From Octopus bimaculoides (taxonomy: Eukaryota): DNA of 64,000 nucleotides. A program made the translations under genes and the position numbers. Each line of letters starts with the position of its first letter. Positions within the stretch are counted from its first letter, which is position 1. The notes under the pieces were generated by a model that was given only the letters and a program-made list of their open reading frames with translations, searched no databases and had not been told where the DNA came from. Where the stretch lies: positions 127,983,121 through 128,047,120 of the forward strand of contig NC_068983.1 in the NCBI RefSeq assembly GCF_001194135.2, in the 5' to 3' direction. Of the stretch, positions 53,652 to 64,000 are shown piece after piece.

Positions 53652-53893
53652 TATTTACATTTGACGGATATTTGTCCACATCTTGTTTGTTGTTAACACA
53701 AGGCTTCATCAGGTGTCTTGGGAAAATTTTGAACCTGGGTTCTCATACCCAAGGTACTTTTCCATCTTGTTTTTGATGTTGTTGTCTTCTTCTTCTTCTT
53801 ATTATTATTATTCAGGTCATCGCTAAGAATCAAACTCGGAATCTTGGGGTTAGCAGCCCACGCTCTTAAACACTACGCCATATGCCCGTGGGC

Positions 53894-53962
<69 letters not shown>

Positions 53963-54127
53963 TAGTAAAAATAATAATAACAACGATAATATTGAAAAAT
54001 ACCTTAGGAATGAGTATCCAGGTTCGAAATTTCCCCAAGACACACGATGAAAGCTGAAGGGTATATCAGCCGAAACGTTGTGTTAACAACAAACAAGATG
54101 TGGAGAAATATCCGTCAAATGTAAATA
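53652..54127. mobile_element. Palindromic composite repeat: tRNA-like head + (AAT)n + Penelope-type tail, duplicated in inverted orientation
   Basis: 53652-53761 is the reverse complement of ~53995-54127 (e.g. TATTTACATTTGACGGATATTT / AAATATCCGTCAAATGTAAATA). Symmetry centre TATGCCC-GT-GGGCATA at 53881-53896. tRNA-like head on the minus strand at 53887-53812 (TGGCGTAGTG A-box, GAGTTTGATTC B-box). Confidence 0.85.
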
Positions 54128-54444
54128 CTGAAAAACAATAGTGTGTGTCTCCCTCTTAGTTTCATTGTCTCTGATAATATGTAATTCTAGTGGCGTAGGT
54201 TATCATGGATAGAAAGAGAGAATGCGAAGCAGAAAGATACATGGATTATTTATTTAAATTTCATTTATTATTTTGAAATTAACAGCATACATATTTTTCA
54301 AAAACTCATTGCGTGTATCCTATAAGCCTAGCTTGTTCTTCAGATTAGCAGAATTAATTTCTACCCACGTCCCCGCTCATAATATTTTTTTAAATGTATG
54401 TAGGACAGTATTTCTACAAGATACTATTCGTCGTCACGATTTGG

Positions 54445-54534
<90 letters not shown>

Positions 54535-55342
54535 ATGTATATATGTATATATGTGTATATATATGTGTATGAATATACGTATATATATATATGTGCATAT
54601 ATGTGTATATATATGTATGGATACATGTATGTATATATATGTATGTATGGGTATATATATGCATATATGTGTATATATGTTCATATATGGATGTATATGT
54701 AAGTGTATATGCAGATATACATTTATATATATGTGCGTGTGTATGTGCGTGCGCCTGTATGTATGAGGTGCTTGCGTGTCTTGCTACATACACCAAACTC
54801 GGTGATCTGTGGACATACATAAAATTGAAAATTTTGAAAAGTTCACACCTATATTTCGTATTGATGTCACAGTCATCAATATTCATGAACATGTATTTCA
54901 TGTCAAATGTAATCCTCTCAACCATGTCTGTTATGCACAAAGTAAGTTTCTCAATGAGAATATAAATTCTCTTGAGTAAATCCGACAACGCATTTCCACT
55001 GGTGCATGGCTCTCATATATGTTAAGCTAGATTTTCCGTTCACAAATATTTTGCATTTATATTTCGTTATATATTTATATATTGTTAATTTTTCATCTCA
55101 ATTCCAACATGAATAAATCTTATTAACATTATCAGGATTTTTCTAGACTGCTTTATACTCTGTATGTTTTGTGTTTTATGTTCTCCGTTATTTTTATCGC
55201 ATTCATTACTGCTTTTTTTCTTTTTCTCAGATATACATACATAGATTGATACATAGATACATATATATATATATTAAGCAGTATAGAATAGATAAGACAG
55301 ATAGAGAAAAAAATTATATATTGATAGACTGANNNNNNNNNN

Positions 55343-55399
<57 letters not shown>

Positions 55400-55508
55400 G
55401 TTTGCTTCTGTATGTGTACAAAGTTACACACACACATATATATATATATTAAGCAGTATAGAATAGATAAGACAGATAGAGAAAAAAATTATATATTGAT
55501 AGACTGAT

Positions 55509-55547
<39 letters not shown>

Positions 55548-55589
55548 CATATGTCAGTACAATAACATTCAATAAGAGCCTATCACAAA

Positions 55590-56880
55590 GTTTCATATAT
55601 CCTCTCCATTCGTTCGTAAATATATTTGAGGTTGAGGGTTAATACCTGAAAATTTCAGCTCCATAGCTCTCACCAGTTAGATTTCACGGCCATTTAAAAT
55701 TTTATACAATTTTGGGCATTTTCAGACTATCGAATTTCAGTTTTTAGGGCCCTTCATTGCAAATATTTTCGATATCATACATTGGAAAATATGTCTCCTT
55801 GGTCCCCACTATCACAATTCTTACAGAATCTAAAGGTCAATTCTTTTAAATAATCCTTTGTCGGAAAGATTCCAACAAAATATTCTTGGGGGCTATTTTA
55901 AAAGGCATATGAGCTTTACGCAGTTATTACTTAATAACAGCAGTTGATGAGCAATCCACCAGCTCTAATCTTACACTAATTTTTAAATATTAAGATATAA
56001 TATAAATTCACATACTCAAAAGACTTTTTTGTGCCACGTGGTTGTAAATTTGAGACAATGTGAAATACTTTGAAAATTCGATATTTGTGTTTGGACCAGA
56101 ATAACGTATTTTCACTGAGTTCAAACTACACAAAAATATAATTTCAGAGACTATTCCCAGTAGTGACTATAGAAATGTAAAAAAAAAATAGCTTTTAAAA
56201 CTAAAATGAATACCAATTTTCATCTCTTGGAACTGGCTCAAAATAGAAATTCTCCATTTAGGAGTCGGTTCTGAGCTGCGGAACTCAATGTGTGGCAATT
56301 AGAAAAACTTCCCAATCTCAAAAACCTTGGACATTGACCTCTTGACTATACAACAACAATGTGTCTGGAAGCTGGAACCTCATCCTTTTATAATACCTTT
56401 ATAAATTGAAGGCGGTTCGAAAATAAGAGACATTCTACTAGCCTCTTATTGATAGTTGATGGGACAATCATAAAATTTTTCTGACACTGTATTTTCCTTC
56501 CAAAGTTTAAGAAAAGGTAATGATAGCTAGCAAAATTCATAATTAACATGAAGTAGTAGAAAACAAAATGAATCTACAGCTATTTACTAGCTTAATACAT
56601 ATCACATCAAATTTTGCACATGTCTAATATCATCGCATGAAGATGATAGAAACAGCTACTAGTCCTTCCAGAAAAGGAAGGATCCACTTTTACAAGTACG
56701 TCCTCTATTGCAATTGAACGGATATCACCATGTCTTGGCCTGAAACACAGACTCTTTGGGCCTTTGGGATGAAGGAAATTTTATTTAACAACAGCATGTT
56801 CAACTGGAACATCATTTTCCACTTTAATGTACCAATACATATCACACTGACCGACACAAATAGAATGATCTTGAAAATCT
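55590..56880 (-). mobile_element. Decayed DNA transposon, transposase C-terminus plus 3' subterminal region; superfamily uncertain
   Basis: Minus strand 56879-56610: SICVGQCDMYWYIKVENDVPVEHAVVK*NFLHPKGPKSLCFRPRHGDIRSIAIEDVLVKVDPSFSGRT..FYHL. It resembles the YD..W....V.FLHP.GP...F.WP...D C-terminal domain I recall from invertebrate transposase-like proteins. AAATTTCAGCTC-type subterminal motif near 55650. The left boundary is approximate. Confidence 0.55.
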
Positions 56881-57761
56881 AAGAACATTCGTGACAGACC
56901 CTTGGTGGATTTCACAGCAATAATCTACACGCACGCACACTCACACACACACAAACACACGCACACAGTAAGATAAAAAGAAGGAAGAGAATTTCGATTA
57001 TACCCACGTAGTGCGCTTTAATGCAAAAATATGTATAAAATAAAAGAAGAAAATGCACAACTTACATAGTTTTAATACATTTTTAATATATTTTATAAGA
57101 GAAAGGGTATTGTATTTTTCGACCGGTTTCACGTTCGCTAATCATGATATTGAAATTACTGTAATTTGGTATTTTTTGAGATTTTAGTCCATGTAGTGTA
57201 TGGTGATTTGTGAATGAAATGAATCAACAGGTTAAAAATCTAAGTTGGGGGAGGTAAACGGTGATCGTTATTATTCGGGACAAGGGAGGTAATTAGTTAC
57301 TTTTGAGGGAAGGGGTAAATAAATATACAAAAACTCAAAAGCTAAAGTATTACGATGGAATATTTACATTTATATGTACGTCAACATAAATTGAAATATA
57401 TACTGAGACCAAAGTTTGTTATTTAGGCCCGTTATGTATTTTTCGATAAATAAATTTGCTTTATTAAAACGTTCTTGTACAGAAATTGTTTCTTTGCTCT
57501 GGCAGATGGCAAAAACTGTGACATTTGGTTGGGTATTAACTTGCGCATCTCTCTATGTGTTCACTCGAAGGAATCTGTCTGTACCGTGGTTGAAAGGATC
57601 TGTTCCTTGTGTAGTGTTGTTGTCTGTTTAAGTATCATGCTTGTTTGCCCTCTATAGTTATGTCCACAAACAGAACAGGGTATAACTTAGATTCTCGGGA
57701 GCATAAGTGAACTCCTCACCTTCTTTGAATAGGAATTCCGAGCCTTCCTGCCGGTTCGGGT

Positions 57762-59075
57762 ATGTTCCCACATTTGGACATCCTGAAAAATAATTCATCA
57801 TTAACTCATGTACATGGAAAAGTCCTGACACAAAATGAAATAGATTATATGATGAACTTTAAATGTAAATCCAGGTTTTTCACTGCCTTCCCAAAAGTAC
57901 AGAAAAGGAAGGTAGTTAATGAAACCTGCAAACAATTACGGGCAAATACATACTTATCCTAGCGTCAGAAGATTTAAAGTTAAGACCAATTATAGCTGGT
58001 CCAGCCTGTGAAATCCAACACCTAAGTAATATTTAAGACATCCTACTGAAACCCTTGTTGAAATACATCAAAAGTTTCATTATAGCCGATGTAGATATAC
58101 TTGAGCACCTACCAAAAACAACTAATGCAGGGACATTTTTGGTTTCCTTCGATGTTTTTCATCTTTACACCAATATCTCGCATGACTATGGAATAGAAGA
58201 AATAGAATTCTAACTGGAGAAGTACCCCGAAGAACTTCAAAGACGCATAAACCAGGTTTTTATTATTGAAACTTCAAAATTTATATTCAGAACAATTATT
58301 TTCTATTTGACGACATCTACCACCGTCGAAATTGTGGAATTGCGATGGGAGCAAGAGCAGCCTTTGTTCTTACGAATCTAGTTATGGTATATTTTGCATT
58401 CACTGTATATTAAGTGTCACTGCAAAATTATTGCGATCCATGTTACCATTACTTAGGAGACAATTGGAAAAGATATCTGGACGACTGCTTTTCATTTGGA
58501 ATGAGACCATTGATCAACTTTTGGAATTTAAATCAATAATAAATAATATACACCCTAACATTCAACTTAGAACAGAATATTACAAAGAACTGGCGCCTTT
58601 CTTAGATATTATGATGAAAAAATCCATCAACCGAAGTGTAACTGACAGTTATCATAAGTCACCTGACTCGAAACAATATCTTCTGTTTAGATCTTGCCAC
58701 ACGAAGCACATCAAAAGAAATATCCCCTTTAATTTAGCGAAAAGGATTTGCACAATAGTGTCTGATGGAAATACTCGGGACCTCCCTCTTCAAGACCTCA
58801 GAACAGCACTAACTGAGACGATATCCACACTCAGGTACAGTTGGAATTAAGCATGCCAAAAAAATTAGGTATTAAAACACTAAGGGAAACAAAACGTAAC
58901 ACCACACCGTGTCTCAAAATACTGCCGCATATAGCAGCGCATAACCCTAGAAACAACGAGGCATACTACACTATTGCACAAAATTTACCTATGCTCACTA
59001 GGTATCCAAAAATTAACAGCATCCTGAAAACACATAAATTCATCAAATGCATAAAGCAAAACAAATGCTGAAAAG
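57762..59075 (+). mobile_element. Decayed Penelope-like retroelement, RT and thumb region (stops, frameshifts; GIY-YIG not seen)
   Basis: Ordered PLE RT motifs across frames: FPKVQK, LRPIIAGP (~57980), LVSFDV..LYTNI (~58140-58177), NNYFLFDD, GIAMG (~58340), KRYLDD (~58468-58485), HPNIQL..PFLDI..TDSYHK..QYLLFRSCH..HIKRNIPFNLAKRICTIVS. Confidence 0.9.
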
Positions 59076-61865
59076 TTGAAGCATTCATGGTTTTATTTTG
59101 GCACAGTAGCATCATAGGTTACAAGGATTGAAGCGACATTCAAGTCGCTTCTCTGAGATGTTAGTTTTTGCTACTGTAGTTGATGCTTCCAGTGCTATGA
59201 TAGTAGCAAAAGTGGTGCTGGTGGTAACTTTTCAGATGATATGGTGTTATTCTAAACCTCATTGGTTATCTTACTGAAATACGATCAAATGCATTCCATT
59301 CATCCTCCGTATATCATGCTAGCCTTCTTTCAGCCATTCGAATTGAACGTCCTTAAATATCCGTAAGTTGAAGGATTATAGACTTCCATATTACTGGAGA
59401 CAAAACTGGAATTCAAATCCCAGTTAGATCGGACTACGGACTTACCTTATTTCTATAGAAAAACCTTATATACCGTAACATTCCTAGTTTCTCCCATAAT
59501 ATAAGACAGGTGTACACGGATGTGATTGCAAAGAAAATTATGTGTCTTTATTTGTTCACTTTCTAAGAACTGCTTAACCTAAGAAATAATGTATGTATTT
59601 TTCTCTTCACACTCATGGAATTAGTTGACTTTTCTTGTATGTGTTTGTAGATAAATGTGAGAGAAATATGCATTTAAAAAATAATCGGAAGATATAGCCA
59701 TGTGCTCAAGAATTTCATATTTCAATCGTGTGGTTTCACCTTTGATCCCTCTACCCTAGTATTTTCAGGTAATTCGATTCTAAGAGAAATTGTGTGTGGA
59801 CAGCAGTCGAAATGTCTGTACGTGAAATTCGAATACACGTTATGTCCTCATGATTTTATTTCAGAATTCCGTTAGTGTATCCAGTGTTTAGGAACTATGA
59901 TGTTATCATGTAAATTATACCAGCTTTATAATTTAAATAAAAGGTACACGTATCTGTGGAATACTCAACCACATACAAACATTGCAATGTGTAGGTAGTT
60001 CACTTGATTGAAGAACTGGAATATTCATGGTCATAACTGAAGGAGAATTCATTTAATTTTCATAAGACTAATACTCTTCAAATGTTTTTTAACAGAAAAG
60101 GCAATTCTATTTCAATCTAGAAGAATTAACTGCATATAAAGTAGGAACACTGTATATGTAATGTAAGCTATAGCCAATGCAGCAGTACATATTATAAAAC
60201 AAAACATAGTGCGCATTTACACAAGAGTGCATATTAAATAAATAAAATATGATTTTATAAAATATAATCTTTTTTTATGAATTCTATCGGGATTTGAAAA
60301 CTGAAAGGTTAGGCATGAAATTAGAAATTGCGTAGCTTTTAGTTTTCCAATGCTCTATCGAACTGCGTCAACTTACCATTAAATTCACAAATACAGTACT
60401 ACAGAAAAAAATAATAAACAAACAAACAAACAACATACTAAACGTCATATATCTACTACGGTAAAAAATAACTAATGTAAGAGCAACTAAAACTTGAAAG
60501 AAATATATATATATATATATATATACATACATACATACATACATACATACATACATACATACATACAAAAGCAACTAAACTATCAAAAGCTCAAAAAAAG
60601 ATAGGAGCAATATTGCAACACGGATAAAAATGCAGTATACAACTCACTTTCCCATCAAAAATATCTTGCTCTCCAAATTTAATGTTATATTTTTTTGTTC
60701 ATCATAGAGAATGTTCAACATTAATTCTGCAATAATTTAAAATGAGTTGTTGTGTGTATCTGCTCTATCTCTATATTCTGTTTTCTTTCTCTTTTGTTTT
60801 TTTCTCCTTTTTTGGGAAACAGGGGTAGTTCTTCGAAGTTTTTGAGGCGTAAAGACATTTGAGCTGTTGGCACGAAATAAGACTGGAGTGTCACCAGAGT
60901 TGTACATATTACAGACACCATTTTGCCTGTGGTAACGTTGGTGGTGTAGTTGTAGTAGTAGTAGTAGGAGGCGGAGGAGGAGGAACTGGGAGGGGAGGAT
61001 GTTGGAGAGACCAGGCATAAGAGGGGGAAGACTACGACGATGACGAGAAGTTATGGTAGAAATTTTAGAGATCTAAACATAAAGACATCATATTGCATAA
61101 ACTTTTATGTATGCATATGTTTAACTATCAAGCCAAATCTAGTTATCTATATATATGTATGTGTGTGTGTATATATACATATACCATCGAAAATACATAC
61201 ATGTATGTATATATATATATATATATGCGAACAGAAACACAGAGAACACACTCTGCAGACATACATACAGACACAAAAATGTCAGTCACCTTTATGGTTT
61301 CTGTACAAAAGATAGAATGCATTAGAAAACTCATGCTCTGATAACTATATGGAATTTATCAGTTGAATATTTAGAATCGGATTTGATAATTCAATATTCA
61401 AATTTCAATGTATTTTTCTTTATTTTGTATGCATTTTTTGTTCTTTGCTCTAAATTTGTTTTAGTATTTAACAGTTGTTTTCTTATTTTCATTCGTTTTG
61501 TGAAAGTTGCATCTAAATATTTTTGGTTCTTTCTGTTGGAATTATTTGCACATTTTGAGGTGTCTTTATCTGCCTTTATTTGAATACCTTTTAAAAAGTT
61601 CATGGGAATTCCTTTCATGTTTTAAATATCAACAACGTTATTCATAATAAACATAAGAAAAATAAATACTAACGCAATAATAATGATGACGATGATGATC
61701 ATGATGATGATTTTAATAATAATAAACTGGATATGGAAAACTAATGATACCACCGTGGGCAACAACAACAAAAATATTGAAACGCAACAACAGCAGACAT
61801 TTGAATTAGGATAATGAAATGTGATAATAATTATTTGTATTTTCTGAGGTGCGCGATTATTGCTA

Positions 61866-61940
61866 GTAATAATAATAATAATAATAATAATTATTATTAT
61901 TATTATTACTATTATTATTAGCAGCAGCAGCAGCAGCAAC

Positions 61941-61997
<57 letters not shown>
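61866..61997. repeat. Compound (TAA)(ATT)(AGC)(AGT)n microsatellite
   Basis: Directly visible. Confidence 0.97.
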
Positions 61998-61998
<1 letters not shown>

Positions 61999-62489
61999 CG
62001 ATTTGCAATAAAACACAGCGACTTTGTTTATTGAACAATATTTAAACAGTACGTCCGTCTTCCTCAGGTTCAAAGCTAGACAAGAAAAAAAAATACGAAT
62101 GAAAAATACACCGAAATATGTTTACGGAATTGCTTAATGAGCACAATGTTTGAAAAATATGTATTATTCACGTCTACATGTAACTTTTCTCATCTTTAGA
62201 AAATCTATGTATGTTTCTCGTGTGTGTGTATATATATATTGTGTAGTATTTACGGTGTAAAATGCGTCACCAAAAATATTTTCACTCCAGTAAGAATTAA
62301 ATATCAATAATCGAATATATATTCCATCTTTTAGATATATACTGCATGCACATTTTACCCGATAATATGTTGTAGGTCACTCTACCATACTCTACTTCAT
62401 AGCGTATTCTATTCAACTGTCCTTCAGGTTCGAGATATAGTTAGCTTTGTTTTTCGTTTTATCTACCTGAGTAAAAGAAGAGTGCTGGA

Positions 62490-62843
62490 TATATAAATTG
62501 CTTTTGAAGTCACTTCGCTCTGCCCACTATATGTTTCTTCCCACTTCCTTATTTGGTGGAACGTCGACGTACTTTGTTTCGTGAACGACTGAGGTATCTG
62601 CGCCCGTCCGGTCTAGTGGACGAATTTCGGAGTCCTTGTGGTGGTTGTCTGGAGTGATTGTCTTCTCTTGCTGAAGCGAAATGTTGTTTTCCAGTTTAGA
62701 GCTGCAACTTTAGAAAATCTTCAGAATAAATTTACTGAAGATGCTCTCATACTTACGGCTCTCAGAAAAGTGGTTATATATCAGAACTAGAATTTTTCAT
62801 AATCCTCATTTTACGAGTTAAGCTGACATACTCTAGGTTCCAG
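62490..62843 (+). promoter_or_regulatory. Possible promoter and non-coding first exon ~1 kb upstream of the MMP exon
   Basis: TATATAAA (62490-62497), TCACTT Inr-like (62510), locally CpG-rich 62560-62650, CAG|GTAAGG donor at 62843/62844. TATA-Inr spacing is shorter than canonical. Confidence 0.2.
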
Positions 62844-63219
62844 GTAAGGGGGTATCGCTATTATTTCAACGTAAATTTAATCAGAACTGTAAAATTACCA
62901 TATTATTAGACAAGGGCATATAGTCGGAATTTAGATAAAATAAAAAAAACAACGAATGGTGTTTATATTTAGGTTATTTTTAGCATTTTCAGGAATATCG
63001 AAATATCATTCGTTCGAGTTAGTGTTATTGTACCGGTTAGGTAGAAAGTCCCCCGAGGAAGTTCAGTCTACATCAGTAGTAGAAGTTAATTCACTGCACA
63101 TCTCGACACTCAGTAGAGGTGCAAGAATGCATTCAAACAATAGGATTAAAGGATTTCGTTCAATCAGTTTTCTGTAATTGATCTATCTATCAATCTGTCT
63201 GTCTGTCTAACTCGGCCAT

Positions 63220-63420
63220 TTCATCATTATAAACCATTAACCCCTACACAATTTTTGTCTTTGCTTTTTTTATGTTTTTCCTCTTAAGTCGGACGAAGAG
63301 CGTAGGCTCGAAACATAAAAGATATTTCCATTCTTCCCGAGCGATAAGCTAATACATCTGCTTATTCTTTCACCTGTCTTCAACTTTTGTTTAATGTAAA
63401 ATTAAACTTATATGTATATA
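63220..63420 (+). repeat. Penelope-type terminal repeat with degenerate hammerhead-like core
   Basis: CGGACGA-A-GAGC-GTAG-GCTC-GAAAC at 63290-63314; the same hairpin occurs on the minus strand at 13699-13723. Confidence 0.6.
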
Positions 63421-63803
63421 TTACATTAAAACAAACCGGAAAAATTATACACTTAAGAATACATAGAGATACACATACACACACTCTTGCATATGATCTT
63501 CAGTCGTGAAAGACAAATGTGGAATACGAGCTGAAAGTTCACAAATTTGAAGGTCGATTCTCCATTGAGAAATACAGAAAAGTAAAAGGTAAACATACTT
63601 GTAAAGATACGCAGAATACATACACATACTTAAATATATATGTACATAATTATACAAATGTATGTATGAATGTATGTATGTATGCTCAAGCTCTCAGCAA
63701 TGCCAACATATAGATATATATATAATTTGAAGTAAATGCAAGGAGTGAAAGATATGTTTAATTTGTTTATTTTCTCATTGAAAACTTTTTCATTCTCTTT
63801 CAG

Positions 63804-63911
63804 GCAAAATAGATTTAGAAACAAAAAGGGTGATGCAATTACCTCGATGTGGCGTAGCAGATCGAATCACATACGGAAACTCTGCTCGCAAAAAACGGTA
63901 TACAATACAAG
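63804..63911 (+). CDS. MMP: Internal exon of a matrix metalloproteinase (M10A family): end of propeptide, cysteine switch and furin site
   Basis: Acceptor TTTTTCATTCTCTTTCAG ends at 63803 and donor GTAAGT starts at 63912. The phase 1-1 exon translates (G)KIDLETKRVMQLPRCGVADRITYGNSARKKRYTIQ(G), containing the PRCGxxD switch and RxKR site followed by YxxxG. The specific orthologue cannot be assigned from one exon. Confidence 0.95.
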
Positions 63912-64000
63912 GTAAGTTTGCTGTTACTCACAAATAGCATACATGTTCATACATATATAGGTTTTAATATGTGTTTGCGTATGTATGTATATATAAGTAT

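Noticed and set aside
53812-53887. tRNA-Ser(GCT)-like sequence on the minus strand
   Set aside because: No acceptor stem, weak anticodon stem and no long variable arm; it is a SINE head, not a tRNA gene.
9030-55342. Long ORFs containing X runs at the 14 N-gaps (9030-9302, 12337-12346, 13461-13644, 25165-25570, 26159-26305, 28051-28563, 29161-29538, 33065-33300, 36145-36769, 37646-37781, 39787-39835, 41500-41633, 43833-44078, 55333-55342)
   Set aside because: Ns contain no stop codons. Most gaps abut (TA)n or (CA)n tracts, as expected for assembly breaks.
55255-55510. ~75-bp direct repeat (TTAAGCAGTATAGAATAGATAAGACAG...) on both sides of a 10-N gap
   Set aside because: Identical copies flanking a tiny gap are typical of an uncollapsed allele or contig-end overlap.
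57506-57657. DGKNC (EGF-like) after a CAG acceptor
   Set aside because: No EGF cysteine spacing and no good donor; adjacent to the PLE relic.
1-64000. CRISPR arrays, rRNA, prokaryotic operons or defence systems
   Set aside because: No regularly spaced repeat-spacer array, no rRNA-like sequence and no long intronless ORFs; the DNA is eukaryotic and mostly non-coding.

Overview
AT-rich, microsatellite-dense eukaryotic DNA with 14 N-gaps. The SINE families, Penelope-type repeats and dense (TA)n/(CA)n/(AAT)n tracts are most consistent with an octopod cephalopod draft assembly (inference; no search run). The only confident host coding sequence is one 108-nt + strand exon at 63804-63911 of a matrix metalloproteinase (cysteine switch PRCGVAD, furin site RKKR); I could not find its upstream exons in the preceding 63.8 kb. 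The rest looks intronic or intergenic. It carries many tRNA-derived SINE copies, a decayed Penelope-like RT (57762-59075), fragments of CR1-group, RTE-like, Dong/R4 and HERO-type LINEs, a gap-spanning hAT MITE with a matching TSD, and a decayed DNA transposon end. Most entries in the ORF track are microsatellite or N-gap artefacts. I found no convincing new multi-gene system. The most unusual elements are non-coding: several minimal hammerhead-ribozyme-like motifs (one near-intact at 41312-41351) and a ~480-bp fold-back composite of a tRNA-like head and hammerhead-like tail at 53652-54127.
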